Virus record (IMG/VR): IMGVR_UViG_2698536506_000012 | Origin: a virus | Taxonomy: Duplodnaviria > Heunggongvirae > Uroviricota > Caudoviricetes | DNA: 23,101 bases | Strand: one strand, 5' to 3' | Shown here: one piece after another, positions 16,517 to 23,101 of the stretch | Position numbering within the stretch: position 1 is the stretch's first letter | How the letters are laid out: each line of letters begins with the position of its first letter | Notes under the pieces: model-generated | Told to the model about the DNA's origin: nothing | Databases searched by the model: none | What the model saw: the letters and a program-made list of their open reading frames with translations, nothing else | Program-made: the position numbers and the translations under genes

Positions 16517-17257
16517 TTAACCACCATTAACGGTAATACTGGCCACTGCGACCTGTGCGCCACCCGCTGTCATCCCGACAATCGAGGTGCTTCCCGCTTT
16601 CACACCTTTCACCGTGGCCACCATGCCACTCAGTGTAACCGTGGCGATCTCAGGAGAGGATGACGCCACACTCACCGTTTTATCAGATGCATCTTCCGGT
16701 ACTGTGCTGAATGTCAGCGTCGTCGTTGCCCCCACCCTGACACTGGCAGATGCCGGTGCCACCGTCAGACCGGTCACGCTAACAAGCCCGGTGCCTTCCT
16801 CTGCCAGATACGGACGTCCCACACCGCTGATTTTCACAGTGCGGGTCATCACCTCTTTAGAGGTAACAGTTTTCCCCAGCGAGCTCAGCCAGCCACGGAA
16901 AACATCAACAGTGCCGTTGGGATATTTGATACGAAACGCACAGACTTCACCAGAGTCGAACAACTGAACCAGTTTTTTCTGCCCGCTGTCACCCGGACGC
17001 CAGGCCAGCGTCGCCGAAGTATCACCGACGGATTTTTGCCCCTGGGTTGTCGTTTTCCAGTCAGCATTTTCATCATCGAGATAATCGTCATCTTCCGCAT
17101 CTGCAGTCATTTCGCCCGGCTGTAAATCCTTCACCATCGCAAGACGCAGCCAGTCAGTATCTGACAACGGAGCCGCAAAGGCGTCCCCTTTGCCGGTATA
17201 CATCCAGAACGTCGTCCCCGCGCCCTTCGTTTTTTCCAGTGGATTCGGTGTTGGCAT
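16517..17257 (-). CDS. V: Major tail protein V with a C-terminal Ig-like (Big_2-type) domain (246 aa)
   Basis: ATG at 17257 with AAGGAG 6 nt upstream. MPTPNPLEKTKGAGTTFWMY...NGTVDVFRGW matches lambda V. The ORF-track start at 17275 is a TTG. Confidence 0.92.
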   Translation of the reverse strand: MPTPNPLEKTKGAGTTFWMYTGKGDAFAAPLSDTDWLRLAMVKDLQPGEMTADAEDDDYLDDENADWKTTTQGQKSVGDTSATLAWRPGDSGQKKLVQLFDSGEVCAFRIKYPNGTVDVFRGWLSSLGKTVTSKEVMTRTVKISGVGRPYLAEEGTGLVSVTGLTVAPASASVRVGATTTLTFSTVPEDASDKTVSVASSSPEIATVTLSGMVATVKGVKAGSTSIVGMTAGGAQVAVASITVNGG

Positions 17258-17271
17258 TACCATCTCCTTGT

Positions 17272-17673
17272 TCAATTTGTATATGTGATCTGATACGTGA
17301 TTTCCGCCATCGCCCAGGTGGCCATCTCGTTATCACGCTGATAGTTAAATCCCTGCGGGATCATGGTATCGATAAGATCTGAAAGTGCCGGAATATCTGT
17401 CAGAGCCGGGTAAATAATGTCATCCATCCACGTATCCAGTTCTGTATCCGGTGCCTGCGCCCGGATAAAGACCGCGACATGCAGAACCGCCTGCCAGTCA
17501 GCCTCATCCACCATTTTTCCGGTGTACTGCGCATCGCTCAGCCATACCGCCACGGCGGGCAGTTCCTGCGCATCAATAAAAGCAGGAAGTCCATCGAACA
17601 GGACGGTATTCTCCCTGCACGTCGCTTTCAGGCACGACAATACGGCCTGACGAATTTGTGTGTGTCGGTTCAT
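17272..17673 (-). CDS. U: Tail terminator protein U (133 aa)
   Basis: ATG at 17673 overlaps the Z stop (ATGA). ...PAVAVWLSDAQYTG...DIPALSDLIDTM... matches lambda U. Confidence 0.92.
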   Translation of the reverse strand: MNRHTQIRQAVLSCLKATCRENTVLFDGLPAFIDAQELPAVAVWLSDAQYTGKMVDEADWQAVLHVAVFIRAQAPDTELDTWMDDIIYPALTDIPALSDLIDTMIPQGFNYQRDNEMATWAMAEITYQITYTN

Positions 17674-18248
17674 CGGGTCAGATATAACCTCAGTTGTTGT
17701 TTCAGGGCATACCCCAGCTGTTTCGGCATCTCGTTATCAATGACGCTTTTACGGGCATCCTCAAATGCCAGTGTCAGCGGACCGGACAGCGGAATTTTCA
17801 CCACATCAATGGGGTAACGATTTTTGCCGTCAATACGCCGCATCACATGCCAGCGACCGTTCGCCAGTTGCTGAATAAAGGCATTCCGGAAGAGATATTT
17901 TCCCACTTTCAGCACACTGCCACGGTAATGTAACCTGCCACCACGCCGGGTCATTCTGACCTGTGCAGCCCCCAGTTTTATGGCGGGCAGGTTGCCGCGA
18001 TTTACGCGAATACGGGCATACATTTTTCCGTCCGGGCTGGCTTTAAGTACCCTGACACGCTCACGCACCAGTTTCAGGGGGATCCCCTTCACCTGGTTAT
18101 CACCAGCCACAGTATTCTGCGCGACCTGCCGTGTGGCGACAGAGACAACCTTTGCCGCCACACGGTTCATCGCCCATGCGCTGGCCTGTGGCACCATACG
18201 GGTATCAAGGATGTCCAGATTACGGATGGCGTTTTCAAGACCTTTCAT
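17670..18248 (-). CDS. Z: Tail completion protein Z (about 192 aa)
   Basis: ATG at 18248 (MKGLENAIRNLDILDTRMVPQASAWAMNRVA..., like the lambda Z N-terminus). The ORF-track start at 18362 lies inside FII and is unlikely. Confidence 0.88.
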   Translation of the reverse strand: MKGLENAIRNLDILDTRMVPQASAWAMNRVAAKVVSVATRQVAQNTVAGDNQVKGIPLKLVRERVRVLKASPDGKMYARIRVNRGNLPAIKLGAAQVRMTRRGGRLHYRGSVLKVGKYLFRNAFIQQLANGRWHVMRRIDGKNRYPIDVVKIPLSGPLTLAFEDARKSVIDNEMPKQLGYALKQQLRLYLTR

Positions 18249-18609
18249 AATATCGCCCCGTACTGATATCACCCCGGGAACTGTCACACCGTTGCAGGCG
18301 GATATAACAGCATCCCCTGTCGTCCGGAGTAATGCGATCCACCCGAAAAAGATCCCCACCAACCTCCAGCGTATCCAGACGGCGCAGTCCCGTAATATCT
18401 GCTGTTTTCACAAACAAAGACGGTGAAGAATCTTCAAACCGTACTCCTCCGGCAACGAACGAAATTTTTTCAGGATCATCAAAAACACCCCTGAGTGTTT
18501 TTCCTTCAAGCTGACCGGACGTAATTACCGCCGTAATCCCCATATGACAAAGAATGACCTCGTCAGCCATGGCGACGGCGGCATCAAACGGATTATCGAA
18601 ATCTGCCAC
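18235..18609 (-). CDS. FII: Head-tail joining protein FII (124 aa)
   Basis: MADFDNPFDAAVAMADE...GVFDDPEKIS...SSPSLFV... matches lambda FII. The first codon is GTG at 18609, with a G-rich ribosome-binding site upstream. Confidence 0.88.
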   Translation of the reverse strand: MADFDNPFDAAVAMADEVILCHMGITAVITSGQLEGKTLRGVFDDPEKISFVAGGVRFEDSSPSLFVKTADITGLRRLDTLEVGGDLFRVDRITPDDRGCCYIRLQRCDSSRGDISTGRYYERS

Positions 18610-18622
18610 CTTTCCCCCACAT

Positions 18623-19003
18623 TCAACACATTTTCACGAGGCCACTTTCTGCCATGCTGGCTGCCACCACAGCAGATACACGAAACACTTCTCCCGGACG
18701 TACAAATGCCACGGGGTTATCCCGTGTGGCGTGGAGTGCATTGACATGTAACATCACCACAGCTTTGACCATGACCATATCCACAGAATTTCGGTTCTCA
18801 CTCTCCCCACGTTCGGATCGTGTTTCGTTTTTTTGTTGTGGTTCTTCATCATCCTTATACAGGCCGTCTGAACCATCACTTAATTCTTCTTCCCACTCCG
18901 CCAGACGTTGTTCAAGATCAGCTTTAGAGCCTGAAATATCGGCATCGCGCCCGAGTACTGCCGCCAGCTCCTGAAGACGCGCTGTTATTTCTTCTTTTGT
19001 CAT
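18623..19003 (-). CDS. FI: DNA packaging protein FI (about 126 aa)
   Basis: ATG at 19003 with an AGGAGAG ribosome-binding site. MTKEEITARLQEL... and the C-terminus ...LHVNALHATRDNPVAFVRPGEVFRVSAVVAASMAESGLVKM match lambda FI. Confidence 0.88.
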   Translation of the reverse strand: MTKEEITARLQELAAVLGRDADISGSKADLEQRLAEWEEELSDGSDGLYKDDEEPQQKNETRSERGESENRNSVDMVMVKAVVMLHVNALHATRDNPVAFVRPGEVFRVSAVVAASMAESGLVKMC

Positions 19004-19025
19004 CACATCTCTCCTGTGCGATAAA

Positions 19026-19048
19026 GAAAAAGGCGGGAATATCCCGCC
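19026..19048 (-). terminator. Stem-loop plus U-tract immediately downstream of E
   Basis: On the - strand: GGCGGGA-TAT-TCCCGCC followed by TTTTTCTTTAT, lying between the E stop (19054) and the FI ribosome-binding site. Confidence 0.6.
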
Positions 19049-19053
19049 TGACC

Positions 19054-20082
19054 TTATTTCACCTGAACCACCACAAATGCGTCCGGATCCGGCAACACCA
19101 TCAACGGCGCAGACTGCGTCATGGTATATTCGCACCCCGGGTCCCCCACCTCTAACCAGTGTTTCGGATAACGAATTGCAGAGGTGATCCCTTCACTCAG
19201 CGCCTGGTTATCCTGGATTGCGCCATAACAACGGACACCCTCCACCTGAGTGTTTCCAAGAATCAGTGTGCCTTCCGGCAGATAACGCTGCTCATCCCCG
19301 TTTTCATCAACATACGTTGTTTTCGCCACCATGATGGCCAGATCACCGTAATAACCTTTAAAAGAAACCACGGAACCCAGATCTTTCAGCGCGGTTTCCA
19401 GTTCAGATTTTGAGCCACGGCGGGTATCCAGTTTTTCACGAAACAGCTTAAAACCGTTCAGCATACGCCAGACAGTACCGTCCATAATCGCAATATTGAT
19501 GGTACCGGAAGCAAAATCGCAGTACGCATCCAGATCATGCGTCGGATCAAAGGTGTCAGCATTCTGTTTTGACCATTCGCGTCCCCCTGCCTGCGTTATG
19601 TTATTGGCGGCAGAACGTCCAAAATCCACTTCCACCGTCTCAAACTGTTCACCGCTCATGGTGTACTTACCCTGCAGAACAGCGCTGACCGCCTGCATTT
19701 CTTCCACCTGCACAATCGCTTGCTCTTCCTGTTTCAGGTTGTCAGTCAGAATACGCAGGCGACGGTAGGCCGGGTCATTAAGACGGGCCGGATCTTCCCC
19801 CGGAAGACGCTCCACCGCCTGCTGATAATCCAGCCGGTGTTTTGGTTTAACATAGCCGGGGCGTAACACGCGGGTTTCACCACCACGACTGCGCAGTACC
19901 TTACCTGACACAACCGGAGACACATATGCCGCAACCGGTGTTTTTCCGGTGATTTTATCCAGCATCACTTCCTGAGTATGGAAAGTGACCGTACGACGAA
20001 AAAACAGCTCCAGAAACAGCGCACGGAATTTCACTTTCTGCTCGGTGTAGCCGAGCAACTGACGCGTGGTAAATAACCCCAT
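19054..20082 (-). CDS. E: Major capsid protein E (about 342 aa)
   Basis: ATG at 20082 with an AAGGAAAG ribosome-binding site. ...GYVKPKH..., ...QVEEMQAVSAVLQGKYTM..., ...KLDTRRGSKSELETA..., ...TMTQSAPLMVLPDPDAFVVVQ match lambda E. Confidence 0.95.
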   Translation of the reverse strand: MGLFTTRQLLGYTEQKVKFRALFLELFFRRTVTFHTQEVMLDKITGKTPVAAYVSPVVSGKVLRSRGGETRVLRPGYVKPKHRLDYQQAVERLPGEDPARLNDPAYRRLRILTDNLKQEEQAIVQVEEMQAVSAVLQGKYTMSGEQFETVEVDFGRSAANNITQAGGREWSKQNADTFDPTHDLDAYCDFASGTINIAIMDGTVWRMLNGFKLFREKLDTRRGSKSELETALKDLGSVVSFKGYYGDLAIMVAKTTYVDENGDEQRYLPEGTLILGNTQVEGVRCYGAIQDNQALSEGITSAIRYPKHWLEVGDPGCEYTMTQSAPLMVLPDPDAFVVVQVK

Positions 20083-20097
20083 AATTGACTTTCCTTT

Positions 20098-20128
20098 AAA
20101 AACACAAACGGGCCGCATCACGACCCGT
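20098..20128 (-). terminator. Stem-loop plus U-rich tract at the 3' end of D
   Basis: On the - strand: ACGGGUCG-UGAUG-CGGCCCGU (8-bp stem with one G-U pair; the loop contains the putative D stop TGA) followed by TTGTGTTTTT, upstream of the E ribosome-binding site. Confidence 0.4.
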
Positions 20129-20390
20129 TTTTTNNNNNNNNNNNNNNNNNNNNNNNNNNNNNNNNNNNNNNNNNNNNNNNNNNNNNNNNNNNNNNNNNNN
20201 NNNNNNNNNNNNNNNNNNNNNNNNNNNNNNNNNNNNNNNNNNNNNNNNNNNNNNNNNNNNNNNNNNNNNNNNNNNNNNNNNNNNNNNNNNNNNNAACACT
20301 GATACCACTGGTACCTGTTGCGGTATACACCGGATCGCTTCCGGCAAAAATGCGCCCGTCCGCGCGCTTTTCTGTGGTGGTTTTAATCAT
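20118..20390 (-). CDS. D: Head decoration protein D, interrupted by an assembly gap
   Basis: ATG at 20390 with an AGGAG ribosome-binding site. The N-terminus MIKTTTEKRADGRIFAGSDPVYTATGTSGISV resembles lambda D (...GNSDPAHTATAPGG...), and it sits between C and E. The frame and length across the N-run are unknown, so the stop at 20118 is tentative. Confidence 0.65.
   Translation of the reverse strand: MIKTTTEKRADGRIFAGSDPVYTATGTSGISVXXXXXXXXXXXXXXXXXXXXXXXXXXXXXXXXXXXXXXXXXXXXXXXXXXXXXXKNGS
20134..20294. other. Assembly gap (161 N)
   Basis: A run of N in the sequence, beginning directly after a T6 homopolymer. Confidence 0.99.
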
Positions 20391-20430
20391 TTTCTCAGTC
20401 TCCTGATTTATCTGAATCACGGATCCCCGC

Positions 20431-21990
20431 TTACGGCATACTCATCAGCAGTTCTTCTTCCCCGTTCCCGGCAGTTCCGCCACCGGAAACGGCACTGGCG
20501 GCATGCTGTGCCATGAAGCGCTCAAAAAGTGTTACCTGTGACGGTTGCGATACTGATGGCGCAGCTGCCAGCAGTGTTTTCGCCTGCTCCACTGTCATTC
20601 CCGGNNNNNNNNNNNNNNNNNNNNNNNNNNNNNNNNNNNNNNNNNNNNNNNNNNNNNNNNNNNNNNNNNNNNNNNNNNNNNNNNNNNNNNNNNNNNNNNN
20701 NNNNNNNNNNNNNNNNNNNNNNNNNNNNNNNNNNNNNNNNNNNNNNNNNNNNNNNNNNNNNNNNNNNNNNNNNNNCGGTGCCGCTGCCAGTAACGTTTTC
20801 GCCTGCTCCACCGTCATTCCCGGCTGTTCAGCCAGCGTCCGTGCCAGTTGTTCACGTCCTTTTGCTTCCGGAAGTGCCACAATCTGATCGCCTGTGCTGT
20901 CAGTACCGGCAACCGGTGCTGCCGCCAGTAATGTTTTTGCCTGCTCAACTGACATTCCCTGCTGACCTGCCAGCATCTGCGCCAGTTTTTCGCGTCCTTT
21001 CGCCTCCTGACAATTCAGGATCCCCATCACGCGCTGATTTTCCTGGGACACCGCTTCAGCAACGGTGAGATTTTTTGTTGTCATCGTATTCTCCTGTGTA
21101 ACAGAGTCGTTCAGAGCAGAAACCATTACATCAACGGCATCTGCAGCATTAATCAGTTGATCAGCCAGGCCTGTATCAATGCCTGCCTGACCGTCATAAA
21201 CGGCAGCCTCGGTATTCATCACCACCTCTGAACTCAGCCCCGTATAAAGTGCCACCTTGTCGACAAACATCCGGCGGGCCTCATCAATACGGCGCTGAAA
21301 ATCCGCACGCACACCTGTCGGCAACGCCTGAATACTGTTGCCGTCAACCTTGTGCTGCCCGGAATAAATCAGCGTGATATCCACGCCTTCCTGTGCCAGT
21401 TGTTTCTCGTAACTGGTGTGCGCCATCATCACACCAATCGAACCAATTTTTGCCGTCTGCGTGACCAGCCGACGCGTACAGGCCGCCGCCAGCAACATGG
21501 CGGCTGAACAGGCCATGTCATTACACAGCGCCCACACGGGCTTCTGTTCCCGCAGACGGTAAATCATGTCAGCACAGTCAAACGCCCCGGCAGCCTGACC
21601 GCCCGGGCTGTCGATATCCAGTAAAATACCGCGTACATCCGGGTCGTTCACCGCTGACTTAAGACGGGCAGTCAGACCGTCATAACCGGTCATACCGGAA
21701 TATGGCCGCAGGGTACCCATTTTATGTACCAGCGTGCCGCTCACCGGCAGAATGGCAATCCCATTTTTCACCTGGTAACTCTTTACCGGACGCGGACCAC
21801 CAGTCATATAATCGGTAACCGCCAGCTGCATACCATCGGCATCAAGCTGAACGGCCTGCTGCGGAACGGCAAGGCTGCCCGCCCCAATTTCCTTACCCAG
21901 TGCGCAAAAGAAAACCCGCGCATAGGCGGGTTCCAGTAAAAGCGGCTCATTAAATGCCATCGCGGCAATATGTGATAAATTACAGCGCAT
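20431..21990 (-). CDS. C: Head maturation protease / scaffold C (S49/ClpP-like; Nu3-like scaffold region in its C-terminal part), gap-interrupted
   Basis: ATG at 21990. The N-terminus ...HIAAMAFNEPLLLEPAYARVFFCAL... and ...PVWALCNDMACSAAMLLAAACTRRLVTQTAKIGSIGVMMAH...ITLIYSGQHKVDGN... match lambda C. ...RVMGILNCQEAKGRE... corresponds to the lambda ...RIMGILNCEEAHGRE... region. Confidence 0.9.
   Translation of the reverse strand: MRCNLSHIAAMAFNEPLLLEPAYARVFFCALGKEIGAGSLAVPQQAVQLDADGMQLAVTDYMTGGPRPVKSYQVKNGIAILPVSGTLVHKMGTLRPYSGMTGYDGLTARLKSAVNDPDVRGILLDIDSPGGQAAGAFDCADMIYRLREQKPVWALCNDMACSAAMLLAAACTRRLVTQTAKIGSIGVMMAHTSYEKQLAQEGVDITLIYSGQHKVDGNSIQALPTGVRADFQRRIDEARRMFVDKVALYTGLSSEVVMNTEAAVYDGQAGIDTGLADQLINAADAVDVMVSALNDSVTQENTMTTKNLTVAEAVSQENQRVMGILNCQEAKGREKLAQMLAGQQGMSVEQAKTLLAAAPVAGTDSTGDQIVALPEAKGREQLARTLAEQPGMTVEQAKTLLAAAPXXXXXXXXXXXXXXXXXXXXXXXXXXXXXXXXXXXXXXXXXXXXXXXXXXXXXXXXXPGMTVEQAKTLLAAAPSVSQPSQVTLFERFMAQHAASAVSGGGTAGNGEEELLMSMP
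20560..20965 (-). repeat. Tandem in-frame 138-bp (46-codon) repeats inside C; at least 3 copies spanning the gap
   Basis: The block GCCAGTAA(C/T)GTTTT(T)GCCTGCTC(C/A)AC(C/T)G(T/A)CATTCC recurs starting at 20786 and 20924 (exact 138-bp spacing), with a further copy ending at 20604. The protein motif (Q/P)GM(S/T)VEQAKTLLAAAP occurs three times. Confidence 0.75.
20605..20775. other. Assembly gap (171 N) inside the C repeat region
   Basis: A run of N flanked on both sides by copies of the 138-bp repeat. Confidence 0.99.
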
Positions 21991-23101
21991 CGCCTTTTTC
22001 TCCCGTTGTCTGTCGGATCTGCTGTTGAAACGCGTCCTTTATCCAGACCGGACGCGGAAGACCGGCAGCCTGTCGCTCCTGAGTTTCCCGTAGCTGCTGG
22101 CGGAAAATCTCCTGATAGTCATCCCCCATCAGGGCCAGCTCTTTCTCGTATGTACTCAGGCCGCCTTCAATGCGCATCACCGCTTCCTGCACTTCCTTAA
22201 GGCCATCAATCGCCATACGACCGGCACCAATCCACTCGGCACGGCACCACCCGGAACGAGCCTCCCAGAATGAGAAACGGGATTTCGGCGGACGGATCAC
22301 ACCACGAATAAGGGCTTCCTCCAGCCAGCAGGCAAACATCTGTGACGCCAGGCGACTGGCCACAAATTTTCGTTTTCCCATAAAATACCGCCACGACTCA
22401 TTGGCGGATGCCCTGGCACTGGAATAACTGACCTGTGAATAATCCCGGGAAAGCTGCTCATACGACACACCCAGTCCGGCAGCAATGTAACGTAACAGCG
22501 CCTTTTCCAGTTCAGAAAAACCATTATCCGCATTCTGGGCTGTCTGCAGATTCAGTGAATCTCCCGGGTAAAGATGCGGAATACGGACTCCGCCCAGTTT
22601 TACCGTATTGGTGGCGTAATAACGCGCGTAGCCTTTCATGATGGTGTTCAGGGGATTTTTACCTCCATCTCCCACCCCGGCGATATATTCAAACGCTTTT
22701 TCCGAATCCAGTGTGGATTCAATCGTGGCGGCATACATGGCGCGAACCACCGCCGACTGCAGTTGCGTGGCCTGCAGTGTGTCGAGCATCTTGAGACGCT
22801 CCATTACAGAATAAAACTGGTTGGCCCCGCGGGTCTGCCCGTCTTCCTGTGGCTGAAACACATGGATCATTCCCGGTCGTCCGGAAGGCAGTGTTGCCGT
22901 AATTCGTGTCCATTTACTGACACCGTAGCCGGGCCAGTCATCATCCTGAACATGGTAGGCCAGCGCTTTTCCGTGTCGGTTTATTTCCACCCCGGCACGC
23001 ATAAAACGATCGCCGGTACCATAACCGGGTGTACTGACACGCTTCGGGCTGATGGTTTTGAATTTCGTCCGGAATAATGACGTGGATTCCGCATCCCATA
23101 C
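21980..23101 (-). CDS. B: Portal protein B, C-terminal part (5' end lies beyond the window)
   Basis: The frame stays open from 23002 to the window edge; my hand translation reads ...KFKTISPKRVSTPGYGTGDRFMRAGVEINRHG..., which aligns with lambda B ...FRMVSPKRISNPNNTGDSRNCRAGVQINDSG.... Downstream, ...HVFQPQEDGQTRGANQFYSVMERLKMLDTLQATQLQSAVVRAMYAATIES...GRMAIDGLKEVQEAVM... also matches. Confidence 0.93.
   Translation of the reverse strand, partial: VWDAESTSLFRTKFKTISPKRVSTPGYGTGDRFMRAGVEINRHGKALAYHVQDDDWPGYGVSKWTRITATLPSGRPGMIHVFQPQEDGQTRGANQFYSVMERLKMLDTLQATQLQSAVVRAMYAATIESTLDSEKAFEYIAGVGDGGKNPLNTIMKGYARYYATNTVKLGGVRIPHLYPGDSLNLQTAQNADNGFSELEKALLRYIAAGLGVSYEQLSRDYSQVSYSSARASANESWRYFMGKRKFVASRLASQMFACWLEEALIRGVIRPPKSRFSFWEARSGWCRAEWIGAGRMAIDGLKEVQEAVMRIEGGLSTYEKELALMGDDYQEIFRQQLRETQERQAAGLPRPVWIKDAFQQQIRQTTGEKGDAL

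Noticed and set aside
20134-20775. N-runs considered as possible biological features
   Set aside because: They are assembly gaps (ambiguous bases), not sequence features; the second one coincides with tandem repeats, which explains the assembly failure.
1061-23101. Searched for an integrase, repressor, CRISPR array, toxin-antitoxin pair or other defence or accessory system
   Set aside because: None found. Every substantial ORF is accounted for as smpB or a lambda-type head or tail gene (plus lom and the second fibre module), and there are no repeat-spacer arrays.

Overview
This window is a host/prophage junction: an intact smpB gene and the tmRNA gene ssrA on the + strand (1-1060), followed by about 22 kb of a lambda-like prophage late (head and tail) module, all on the - strand and transcribed toward ssrA. 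Read along the - strand the gene order is colinear with phage lambda: portal B (runs off the window end), protease/scaffold C, decoration D, major capsid E, FI, FII, Z, U, major tail V, G and the G-T frameshift product, tape measure H, M, L, K, I, J, lom, stf, tfa, and then a second fibre plus chaperone pair next to ssrA. Calls rest on reading the six-frame translations against lambda proteins recalled from memory and on checking start codons, ribosome-binding sites and hairpins by hand; no database search was run. Two N-runs (20134-20294, 20605-20775) are assembly gaps, one of them inside a tandem-repeat region of gene C. I found no integrase, repressor, CRISPR array, toxin-antitoxin or recognisable defence system; the window is essentially fully explained by smpB, ssrA and phage structural genes. 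The points most worth a second look are the duplicated tail-fibre module beside ssrA, stem-loop plus U-tract elements after the D, E and V genes, an apparently non-canonical G-T frameshift site, the 138-bp tandem repeats in C, and a tape measure gene longer than lambda's.
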